Assembly (NCBI RefSeq): GCF_006345805.1
Contig: NC_042999.1
Coordinates: 29,946,001-30,010,000, forward strand
DNA length: 64,000 bases
Direction of reading: 5' to 3'
From: Octopus sinensis
Lineage: Eukaryota
The notes under the pieces were generated by a model that was given only the letters and a program-made list of their open reading frames with translations, was not told where the DNA came from and searched no databases. Of the stretch, positions 26,650 to 38,298 are shown one piece after another. Each line of letters starts with the position of its first letter. Position 1 is the stretch's first letter. Made by a program: the position numbers and the translations under genes.

Positions 26650-27570
26650 TGGACCTATTGATTTAATTCATTATTCATTCGGTTGTCATTGTGCCGTATA
26701 TCACTTAAGGCGATAGCCAGATCATTCCACCTTCTAAAATTGAAAGCGTCTCTGCATTTAAGATATTTTCTTTTTCTTCTCCGCCAAGTTTTTTTTTTCG
26801 TCAGCCACGTCTGTTTTATATTGTGGAACCCATTGCAAAAGCGATCCTGACAACTGAGTTCGGTTTATAGCGACAAACGCGACTCAACCTTTTCATCTAC
26901 TTGTTTCAACAGATTCTTTATTTTGGTTTCAATTTAGGCTTTGTGTGTACGTGAGCATTGGAGATCATTTTCGACAGTTTACCATCGTAATTTGCCGTAA
27001 ATATTTATTTTGAAATACCTACAATTTCTTTTCAGTCACTTTTGGTTATTTTCCAACTGTCGGATTCATAGAGGATGAGGCTAAGTATATTGCTTTTATA
27101 ATATCGTATGTTGGTACTCTTGTTGCGTGTAAATGATTTCCATATTGTCTAATATGTGCGGGAAACCATCGTGTCTTAGAATCTTTCGAAGTGTATCTTA
27201 GTGAAGGCCATCGAAGTTTGCTTTCAAACTCAACAGAGAGCATGTACAAAGATGAGTTCTATTCATAACATTGTTCGAGTATTTGGCGAATTACAAAAAT
27301 GTTCTCGATACCTGATTCTCGTTTTCTGTACCCAGCTTGCACTTGGCGAACTATCTGTTCTACTGCTGTTGTAAGGTGCTATATGATATGGGTGAGTTTA
27401 TTACTCGTCAAAACATTACGAATTATTTTCCCAAAAGTTTTACAAAATGTCCGGATCAATGACGAAATACCGAACAACTGGAGAAAAGATCTCATTTTAA
27501 ATTACCAATGAAAGGTGATGCTTCGAACTATAATAATTTGAGTGGAATCACTCTATTATAAATCCTCTAG
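26650..27570 (-). mobile_element. RTE-clade LINE relic with inverted 5' segment
   Basis: Minus strand from about 27420: VRQVQAGYRKRESGIENIFVIRQILEQCYE*NSSLYMLSVEFE, with an RTE-like C-terminus near 26.8 kb. Plus strand 27430-27570: DEIPNNWRKDLI..LPMKGDASNYNNLSGITLL. Confidence 0.8.
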
Positions 27571-30500
27571 ATCTAACAACATAAAACTTCTAATTATCAG
27601 ATCACTATTTATTCAAGAATAATACTGAATATTAAAATGGAATATATACGAGGATACAGTTTATTTAGAAAATAGGATTGATTTTCATAATTAACAATAA
27701 CACAGTTGAAATATATATATATATATACATATATATATTAGAAGAAATGAGGTACTCAGAAAATCGGATGGTTTATATTTACAGATATTTATTTGTATAT
27801 TATATTTTTTATACTTCATATAACTTAGATCATGTATTAGAGCATTCTCCCTTTCTAGTGGGGTTTTCAAATCAAACTATGTTACTGTGTGAAAAGTTTT
27901 GACCATTTTATAGTGGTATTGAATTTGTAGTGGTGGAACGGAATATAAGACAGTGCAAGAGGGTGATGGAGAGGAGAAGTGATAGAGAGCATGTGTGTGT
28001 GTGCGTGCGTGTGTGTGTGTTTGTATTTGGAATGAGTGCTAAAGAAAAAGAGGGGAAGGGAGAGGGAAAAGAAGAAAATAATTTTGTTGCTCTGCTGGAC
28101 AGGGGGTCTAAGGTCTTGAGGAAAAAGAATTTCAGTTTTGACCATTTCATAGTGTTATTGAGTGTGTGTTGGCGGGGAGGTAGACCATAAATTATATTTC
28201 TTTTTATCATTGTGAAAGAGTGTGTGTGTGTTTAATGAGGGATGGTCAAATGGTTTTTGGGGTTTAAAGAAGAAGAATTCTTTTTATGATTGTTTTGTGG
28301 AGTTGTGTGTGTGTGTGTGTGCATGAGAGTGGGAGGGTGGGTGTTGTGAGTTTCGAGAAGGGAGAGAGGAGATAAAAGAGGAAGGAGAAATAATTGTGTT
28401 CATATGTTGATATTTATACCACTATATATATATATATATATACATACATATACATAGAGTATTAGAAAAAAAACACCTTTTATCGAATGAAAATGAACAA
28501 TATATGTATATATATATATATATAACTTGCAACACCAGTAGTAGTAGTAGTAGTAGTAGTAGTGTAAAAATGAAATATTTCACAGCGGAATATTTGAAAC
28601 TAATACAGAGTCTATTGTTCTCAGTTAGTTTTCGCCATATGAAGACTAAAACGATACTGTAACTCCACTTGGGAAATAAGATACAAGAAAAGGGTATGTA
28701 TTTTACAGTTTTCAGACTTTTGTATATCATATAATTTTTTATACGTATGCTTACGATCCTGCTCCCCAGCAGCTATTGTCTTATGTGCGCAGTTACATTG
28801 CCATAAACAGAATCAAATCATAGCTCAAATGCCTACCTAAAAATGAAGGGTAGCCACCAAAACTTGAAAATGACAGTTTGGTCAAAACACTGAATTTCTG
28901 AGACAATCGGTATTTTGAAAGTATTTTGAAAGGAGTATGTAGATCTGTATGTACTTCAAACATTTTATGTTTGGCAAACGGATTTCTTCCTCAAATACAA
29001 TGGAGGATCATTCCACATGGCAATCTTAGATAGACATGGAAACGAAATTGTCAAGGTTGGTTGAAACACCATCAATAATAGGCCTTTTCGATCAAGATTG
29101 ACCTAATCCGAAACAAAATCAACAACCAAAACACGAGCTTATAAACCTGCCAAATCCTATTACCGAAAAGCAATCATTGGAAAATTAGAAATCTACCGGA
29201 ACGAAAGAGTTACAAAAAGAAAATAAACTGGAGAAAGTTTTTCTTCAATGCCTTCAATCGATATATATCAATCCCATAACATAACATATTACGTAAGAAA
29301 TTCCGTGAGGTAATATATATATATATATACATATTGTTGATGCAAACTTGAATGTGCGGTCAAGCTGTTTCAAGATCGAACTTAATCAATGGGATTTTGG
29401 ACAAGGCGTTCCTAATATTAATTTTCGTTGACCAAGACTACAGAAGGAAAATATGTAGCATTCTGTCGAATACGCGTGTGTGTCAGTGTATGTTTGTGTA
29501 TATAAACACTGATGTACATACGTAACATATTCATGTGCACGCGGGTAAGCAAGCTCACACATATACACACAAATGCATATATACATACTTACACATCTAT
29601 ATAGAGTGATACACACACACATACATATACATTTGTACAGTATGTATTACACACGTTATCATATGCATGTAAGAATTTGCAAACACAATATTAGAGTATT
29701 TATTAATATATATTCGTATACAATTGGAATTCAATTTCGAAATTCAAATAACTGTTGTGGATGACACTTTTCTTCATATAATTATATTTCCATAAAAGGA
29801 ATACTTTAGAGTCAATCATATCCGAAGTCATAGGAAGAATATAATTGAAACTGACTATTACAATGCACGCCATGTATTTACTTGTATATGAAAACAAATG
29901 TCACATACACTTATAGAATTTGACTCAAAATACACATAAAGACAGTCACAAACCTATATAAATATCCATGTGTATAGGAATGCATTCGTATCTGTATTCG
30001 TACATATACATACTTATATACAAATTCTTAAATAGATTTATAATGTGTATGAATTTAAGAGATATTATTCGTGTACGCGTCAGTGTACGTATTAGTGCAG
30101 GTTTCTAAATGGTGAAATAATGATACAAGACTGAAATGGTTATACGTCCAAATGTTGGAACACACAATTCTGTGACGCATGTTGCGAAACAATTCTTCAC
30201 TTTGTTTCCCACTTAATTGGAGTTGACAGTTTCTTTAACAACATATATCAGATTTCGTTTCTTTTAAATAATCTTCCGTTATTCATTCCTTCTATATTCA
30301 AAAACCTACTCTTCCACCGCATTTACACCTGTAAAACTGACAAATGTGTGTGTATCTGTGTAGAGAGAGAAAGTGAAAGAGAGAGAGAGAGAGAGAGAGG
30401 GGCTGTCACACACTAAGAAACAGATAGAATGAGAGGAAGAGAGAGGAAGAGAGAGGGGTGAGGGTGAGAGAGAGAAACTGAGACCTCTACTAAACCAGAA

Positions 30501-30851
30501 TAGTATTTTTCTATCGTTCTATCTGAGAGATAAATCGAACATTTTGGAATATGCCTAAGTGAAATGTGCAAACGATGAAAGGATCAAACAAGAAGATTCT
30601 GTTTATTCAGCATCAGTTACATCAGTGAATATCTAGTTAAATTTCTGTCATTTCACCCTATCAGGTGTAGTATAACTTTAAATAGTTACAATTTCGGGCA
30701 ATGTCACACAATATAGTTGTTCACTTCCATTTCTAGCATATAAATCCTCATTATTAAATTACGCAAAAATGTAGAGATTAAAAGAGTAGTTTTCTTTTTA
30801 TTTAAACTTCATGTAATACTTCTTGCTAATATTATAAACTACTGATTCTAC

Positions 30852-31255
30852 GAGGTGGCAGAACCATTACGTTCTGAGTTCAAATTCCGCTGAGATTGAC
30901 TTACCATTCATTATTTCAGAGTTGATAAAATATACAGCTATTAATTACTGGGCTTGATGCAATCGAGTTATCCACACGTTCAAATTTGCTGACGTTGTGC
31001 CAGAAATAGAAATCAATATAACATATTATTAATGCTGCGAGCTGGAAGTGTCTTAGGCACGCTGATGTAAATGCCGCTAAGCATTCAGCCAGTCGTTGCA
31101 TCCTGGAATCATATTCCGACGGGCTCGAGTTTGGCTTTCATCCTTCCGGTATTGAAAAAGACCAGTACCAGTGGAGCTTTGGGGGTTGGTCTAATTATGT
31201 TAGTCCCTCTCCAGAACTGGAATTTTTGTTATGGATTGTACCCTGAAATCATGAT
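30852..31255 (+). mobile_element. Two degenerate SINE family B copies
   Basis: ACGTTCTGAGTTCAAATTCCGCTGAG and TTTGGCTTTCATCCTTCCGG...AGTACCAG match family B. Confidence 0.65.
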
Positions 31256-32473
31256 TATCTGCAATTTACAAACACGCACTCACACACACTCACACACACA
31301 CAAGCTAATACTCACACCCATTCAATTCAAGCCTATACGCATATACTTGTGTGTACACATATATGCATATGTAGGTATATACGTGTGTATCTGTGTGTGC
31401 GTATATGCACGTTTTCAATTATTACTCTTTCACTTTAACATAAACATTTGCCTTAATGCTTACAAACATCTAAATTTTTGTGCATAAATACTTTTTCTCA
31501 ATATATGAATTTAGAAGCGCATTTATCGTGTTTTAATATATGCGTTGTTACCAATCAAGTGCCTTATTTGAAGTCTTCTAACACTGTAACTAACCCCATA
31601 AATTACTTTGTTTTATGAAAAGCAAATTTAGCTTCTATACAAATTCCATTCGTTTCATTCCCTTCTCAATTTCCGGGCGGTATTGATATAAATGTGTAGG
31701 CGACGTATATCATTAGCTGTTGGTATTTCTAAATCTCATTTTCAATAAGGAACAAATGTATTCTGCTGTGGTTAGAGTAGAATAAATACAGACTCGTTCT
31801 CCTTATATCGAATATATGCTTCCATAATAATTCTACATCCCCATTCACCATAGCAAGCTCAAATTTGTAACTTATTCATATTTTATTATTTCCGTTATTA
31901 ACATAATTTTCATTGCTTTTGTTATTGTTATCATCATCACCATCAACATCATCATCGTCGTCATCTTCTTCGTCGAGGTCGTAGCCGTCAGCATCATAAT
32001 GAATTTCATCATGTTGTCAGCTAGTTGACTCGCAAATATGCCGGTTAGAATACGCGGTGACAGTTCGTAATGTATTGATAAATTAATTACCAGTTGAGAA
32101 CTAAAGTCGATATAATTAATTAAACCCTTCCCACCACATATGTTGATCTGCGTCTATAGTTGAAACGATTATTAAAATAATAATTATCATTATGTTTGTT
32201 TCGTGTTAGAATCGTTTCAGCCACAGGTAAAATGCCCTCAATTTTGTAGTCACTCAGTACGTTTTGAGTATAAATCCCACCGGAGCTGTGCCCCACTTTC
32301 ATCTTTCCATATTCACTAAAACAGTGTTCCAGTGAAATATTGTTGTGAATGTAGTCGAAGAAATAGTTTCATTCCTGATCCATATGAGAAAGTCTTATCA
32401 TAAACGATGTCTGCTCCATTGTTTCTTTCTTTCATTGTCACATTTCATTCACATACACACAGACATACCTACA

Positions 32474-32545
<72 letters not shown>

Positions 32546-32547
<2 letters not shown>

Positions 32548-32782
32548 CGGAGATGTACTCGCATAGCAAGTAATTTGATCTGAGATCGTGTGCTGAAAGG
32601 AAAACAATTGCAGCGTGGAAGGTGTTTATAAGCCATTAAGAAAAACACAAAAGCCGTTCGATTCACTTCAACATTGAAGTTTAATTTGTCATATCACTTG
32701 ACAAATTAAACTTAAATATTGAAGTGAATCGAACGGCTTTTGTGTGTTTCTTAAATGGCTTATAAACACCTTCCACGCTGCA

Positions 32783-32787
<5 letters not shown>
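32546..32787. repeat. Fold-back hairpin element (about 88-bp arms, 7-nt loop) in (TA)n
   Basis: 32604-32691 is the near-perfect reverse complement of 32699-32787, with loop TATCACT. There is a 58-bp unpaired left extension and (TA)n on both sides. Confidence 0.9.
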
Positions 32788-32841
<54 letters not shown>

Positions 32842-33539
32842 TATATATATACGTATGCTTAAGTACCCATATTTGTTTACATACTTTATTGTATATGTAC
32901 CTCATTGTATATAACTTATTGTTATACATATGCGTAAATATTATTGAGAAGTTCTTATACGTTTATATTACATATATTGGATGTATCCGTTTCTCTATAG
33001 CTACATATATTTGTGAAAACGTATATACACACTCACACATACATATATACATTGAACAAACGGGTGAGCCACCAACATATAGCAGAAAATTATATTGTAA
33101 GGTATTTTGCTCTAGTGATATGAATTACATTGTTTATATTCCTGTGTGATTAATATATTGAAAGATAAGATTAGGTAATAGAATACCAAGATTTAACAGT
33201 CACATAATAAACCATACATTATTATTGCAGCCAGATTGTGTTAATTTTAATTGTTTTCATAATTCCTCCAAGTTTTACGAATATATGCTTGCAAGGAACA
33301 CTTTCTATAAGATAAGAATGACCATGCGAATATTGACGTATTTTGCGTATTTTGCCTGAAGTCCTAGCATTTAATATTCCGCGTATCTAGATATATAAAA
33401 TATTTGAGTCAGCTAAACGATGAGAGGATGAGAAGCATGTAAATGGGAATAACTAGATCGGCATTTGCACGAATGTGCGCCAAGTACTAGGAAAAAATTC
33501 CACTCATCTTCAGGCCTGATAATGATTCAGGACATGCAA

Positions 33540-33905
33540 GGAGGTGACCTGACAGAAACGTTAGCACGCCTGTTGAAACGCTTAGTGGTAGTCTGTCTTG
33601 CCGTTCTGAGTTCAAATTCCGCTGAGGTCGACTTTGCTTTTCATCCGTTCGGGGGTCGATAAATTAAGAATTAGTTACGCGCTGTGGTCGATGTAATCGA
33701 CTTAATCCGTTTCTCTGCCCTTGTTTGTCCTCTCCGGTAGTAAAGTTATAGGAAGTTCGTCTGTCTTCATGTTCTGAGTTCAAATTCCGCCGAGGACGAC
33801 TTTGACTTTCGTCCTTTTGGTGTCGAAAAATTAAGTACCAGTTGCGTAATGGGGCTGATCTAATCGACTGAACCCCTCCCCAAAACTTCGGGCCCTGTGC
33901 CTAGA
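33540..33905 (+). mobile_element. SINE family B, tandem dimer (tRNA head, Nin/Deu-like core)
   Basis: GTTCTGAGTTCAAATTCCGC.GAGG.CGACTTTG.CTTTC.TCC occurs twice, at about 33603 and about 33771. Confidence 0.85.
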
Positions 33906-34854
33906 TTCTGCCTAGACAGGACATGTGTAAATCAGAGACTGCTGTTGAACGATAGATATCATAGCGTCAATTAGAGTTATGTCTTAGAACCTGATTTCAA
34001 TAAAAAATAAAATCAATTCTTTCCAATACATGTTAATATATTCCAAATATTATGTGTCTTATTTTCCAGCTTAAATTCATTTTCGCCTCATTCAACTAAT
34101 ATATACACCCACATTTAATCGTATCATATAACATCAATATTAATTTAATGTTTACTTCCTGAAACATGTTAACAATGATCCTCTTTAAAATAGCTTCTCT
34201 GACGATTAAAATCAAGTGGAACCATGTACTATTAGGACAAATATGTTGAAGCTACATTTTGAAACGATTTATAGAAATATATAGTAGGAAATTTTCATAT
34301 GCAGGAAAATATATCATATGTAACGTTTCTCTTAAAATGATGAAACAAATATCACGAACCTATATTAAACTTGCGAAGTCGAAAATCATTATTACATTTC
34401 TTGTAACAGTTTCTGCTGATTTTGTTGATACCGTTTTTGTTAGCATTTTTATATAATTTAATATTTGTGAAGAAAATTAAATATCGATATAAATCATGAA
34501 GAACATTTTATATACAATAACCATTACTTGCACATGTGTCATTACTCTCCATGGACGTATGCTGTATTCACATACGTTTTTTTTCTTTCGTTGCTGCGAT
34601 TAGAATATCTGATGGAAAACTAAAATTTAATCATTTCTCAAAAGATCCAACTTTCTCCAATGCATATTTAAATTTGCTAAGGATTATTAAATTCACCATT
34701 GGCGCCTATCATGAAATACATCTGGATGGAAGAACAATCTGAATGGTATTCTGGGAAATCTCTCCTTTTTTTAGGTATTGTTCCATGCCATATTATGCTG
34801 AAGTTTTACACGAGGACAACTCATAAGAATTATTATATCTTTCTTCATATATAT

Positions 34855-35082
34855 TTCTTTATTGCCCACTGGGGGCTAAACACAGAGGGGACAAACAAGG
34901 ACAGACAAGGGGATTAAGTCGATTATATCGACCCCAGTGATTGACTGGTACTTATTTAATCGATCCCGAAAGGATGAAAGGCAAAGTGAACCTCGGCGGA
35001 ATTTGAACCCTGAACGTAACGGCAGACGAAATACCGCTAGGCATTTCGCCCGGTGTGCTAAGGTTTCTACCAGCTCACCGCT
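34855..35082 (-). mobile_element. SINE family B monomer
   Basis: Reverse complement of GCGGTGAGCTGGTAGAAACCTTAGCACACCGGGCGAAATG...GGTTCAAATTCCGCCGAGG...CTTTCATCCTTTCGGG. Confidence 0.9.
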
Positions 35083-35129
35083 TTTAAATAAGTTGGACTG
35101 TTGTCTTCATTTTCATTTTTATATTCACT

Positions 35130-35930
35130 ACGTTTCGGAGGTGGGAAAATGGGGAAATGCAGAAACTCCTGCCATTGTATGTCTACTCAATATTAGATGC
35201 CTCTCAGAAAAGACGAAAGTGATATGTGGTCCATCTGATACCAGACGAATTTTCGGAAGAAATTCGATAATTCGCATACATCTATTCCGAGTGAAGCACC
35301 CTATAGAAGATAACATGTACTTCAATCGATGCAGCAGCGGTAAATTTCACTAAGTAGAAACATGTAGTAACCCTTAAAGTAGGAGTGGAAGGGCATCGGA
35401 AAACCCTGACACGAGGGACTATTGAAAAGTCACGTACAACCGATCGCGTATGGAAAAATGTAGAGCAAAATGTAGGTCAAAATAAAAGATTGAAAACACC
35501 AGTAGAAAATTAGAAAACTTAAGGAAACAGCGCATATTCTTGGGCAGCCGACAAGACAGGCCAAGTGGAGAGATGTATATATCATGGGAACCAATAACTA
35601 AGAATGGAATAGGCGGATTGCCTCATAAACATTCGGTGTATACGACTTAAAAGTACAGCCTTTAATTACCTACGGTGCTTATATTGCGGAAAATGAAATC
35701 AAATACAACATACATTGGTTAATGCAGTGCAGGCACTTAGAGACACTAGGTTAGTTGACATAATTCAAGTGAAGCAAAACATGTTACGAAATGTTGAAAG
35801 CAGAATGGGAACAGTATATCCCCGCAGATAAAATAAATATTAGGTCCGAAATTGGGATATACGACATAGTTCAACAGAAGACACTTGAAGAGGCTGGGGC
35901 GTACATCAGTAGAAGAATAGTGTAAGTAAC
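35130..35930 (+). mobile_element. Penelope-like element 3' relic (linker, GIY-YIG endonuclease, downstream hammerhead remnant)
   Basis: Peptides IVCLLNIRCLSEK..IFGRNSIIRIHLFRVKHP, then YFNRCSSGKFH*VETC, LKVGVEGHRKTLTRGTIEKS and KIRKLKETAHIL, resembling VY.IPC.CGK.Y.GET.R.L..R..EH and RKLKEA. A decayed hammerhead lies at 35881-35923. Confidence 0.8.
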
Positions 35931-37499
35931 AATTCCAGATGTGGGCATTAGATATCCATAGATAGCATAATTCTTCATCTTGGCAATGCGGAATTGCACG
36001 CTCTGTTTTAGTAAAATATAATATATCTAATGAATACAAATATTACATTACCAGATATATAAACTTGTTATAGTAGTGATTATAGGTGTGGGAATGTAAT
36101 ATTTCCAATATTGCTTTACGAATTTCACTAATTATACAGAAGATCACAGTGTTATACTCATTTTAATTCTATGCATCGTTCCAATCAAATGCACTTTTCA
36201 CCTTTTTATTTTCGATTCATTACAAATAATCTTCAGTAGTTATTTCATACCAAATTCCTTTTCTCTGTTAAAAAATTGTTAAAATGGATACGTCATATTT
36301 TAATATAAACATCTCATAACTAATTCCGAATTACATACCATTACGTTTGAAATTCAATCCTGTATGGATGGTTTGTAAATTCCTCTAGAATATTTACTGG
36401 AATACTCTTCTGAATTTATCATGTTTACACAATCGTGCAGATCTACGGGTGCATAACTTTTGCCGAAGATTATATTAGAGAAAACAAAATCAAATGCAAA
36501 TGTTCCATTGTTTCAAATATCTGAGAGCATGTTGAATTTAAAGGATTTGTTATCACAGAATGTTTGTGTTTTCTAATATCGTTGTATGCATTTCTGCTTT
36601 TGTAATCTCCACTTAAATATCTATGCATATCTAAGTATTCGCATTGTTTGCTATGTATCAATAAATATCTATTTATTTGTAAATACCGAGGATATTTGAC
36701 TTGGAGTCGATAAATATCTATTATGCTCAAGTCCTACGATATTAAGTCGTAAACAACTTAATACGCATTTATCTCTAAGTACCCACCATATTTGATCAAA
36801 AACAAACAAATATTTATGTACTTTATGCACCTAGAATTTTTGCCATGAATATATTGGTGCATATTCCTTTCAGTAGTTTGGAAAATATGCTTTAACCAAT
36901 ATCACAAATGGAAACTGATAAGAATATGATCAGTTTTGAGATATAGTGTGTCTGTTACCATAGATATTTCAGTCCTTTTCACCAAAAAGCCTGGCTAAAA
37001 GTGATAGGGAAAATTATCAACTTCAATGTACGGAGAAGAACATACGATTTTCTGAGTATAATTTGACCACTAGTTCCGATAGGAAATGAATGAAATATCC
37101 AAATTCGATGAATACGCACAAAGGTCAATACAATCCAAGCGAAAGTCATGCAACGGAGCACATATCCAAATCAAGATGTCTTCAATTTAATACGATAAGT
37201 AAAACAAAACATTCTCACTGCCAAATAAAAATCGTATACAATTATCGGTAAATGAAATAACACAGACGCATCTATAACCCATATCAGGCATTGCAACATT
37301 TACATCTCACACAATTAAAACGTAATGCACATTCTACTTACCTGAGTTAGGTTAACATTACTGATATACGTAATAGAATACATTCTAAGTTCAAAACTAA
37401 AACATAAAACACCTCACACAGTAGATACTATTTACTCTGTGTTGTTTGTTATGTGTGTTGGCTTTCTGTCGGTTATGACAACGAGGGCTACAGTTGTCT

Positions 37500-38015
37500 T
37501 GTGTTCCAGCCTACTATCCAAATTAACGTGCAAGTTGTTGAACACTCTACAGACACGCGTAATTTTAACGTTGTTCTCCAGGTATCAGTGTGACACAGAA
37601 TGTGACAAGTCTGTCCCGTTGAATTGCAGGTACAATTCATCTTTGCAAGCTGGGTGATCTGGTTTAACGTGATAGAGGGAAATACAAAAAACAAATCAGG
37701 TATTCCGTCTGTTACGACAAAGAATGTTACTATTGACCGGATCAACGGACAGCTTGCTATTAAATTGACATGCAAGAGGCTAAGCCCTCTGCAATCATGC
37801 GTAACCTTAGCGTAAAACTGAGCGAGACTGAGCGAACCAGAGCGTGATGAGGCTGGCCCTATTGAATTACAGGTAAAACATAATTTTGCTATCTGAATGG
37901 ACTAGGGCATCACGAAATAAAGTTTCTTGCTGAAGGACATTACACGTAACCAGCACGCCAGCTCAAAACTTTAAGTTTGGAAGCTGAACACCCTCACTAC
38001 TAAGCCACGTGCGTT
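37500..38015 (-). mobile_element. SINE family C fragments (two adjacent copies)
   Basis: TTGAATT.CAGGTA occurs in both copies, followed by GAAATAAAGTTTCTTGCTGAAGGACA and a decayed tRNA-like head near 38010. Related pieces occur at about 720-830 and 40690-40820. Confidence 0.7.
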
Positions 38016-38298
38016 CGCTGTCTAGTCAACCAAATATGTCTCCAAACATCACCTCCTTCTCGTTGGTATCACTGCCCTTAAGTATTACGCCACAAGCGAA
38101 AAGACAGTTTTGCCCTAGTCCATTCAGATAGCAAAATTAAGCTTTACCTGTAATTCAAAAGGGCCAGCCTCATCACGCTCTGGTTCGCTCAGTCTCGCTC
38201 AGTTTTACGCTGAGGTTACGCATGAATGCAGAGGGATTAGCCTCTTGCATGTCAATTTAATAGCAAGCTGTCCGTTGATCCGGTCAATAGTAACATTC
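37722..38298. repeat. Inverted duplication, about 156-bp arms with a spacer of about 265 bp
   Basis: 37722-37877 versus the reverse complement of 38143-38298 shows 4 substitutions by manual alignment. Confidence 0.92.

Noticed and set aside
27730-28400. Possible PLE terminal fragment with a short direct repeat (TTTTGACCATTT.ATAGTG.TATTGA at about 27897 and about 28136)
   Set aside because: The repeat is real, but the FLKTLDP similarity to a GIY-YIG C-terminus is too short to support a call.
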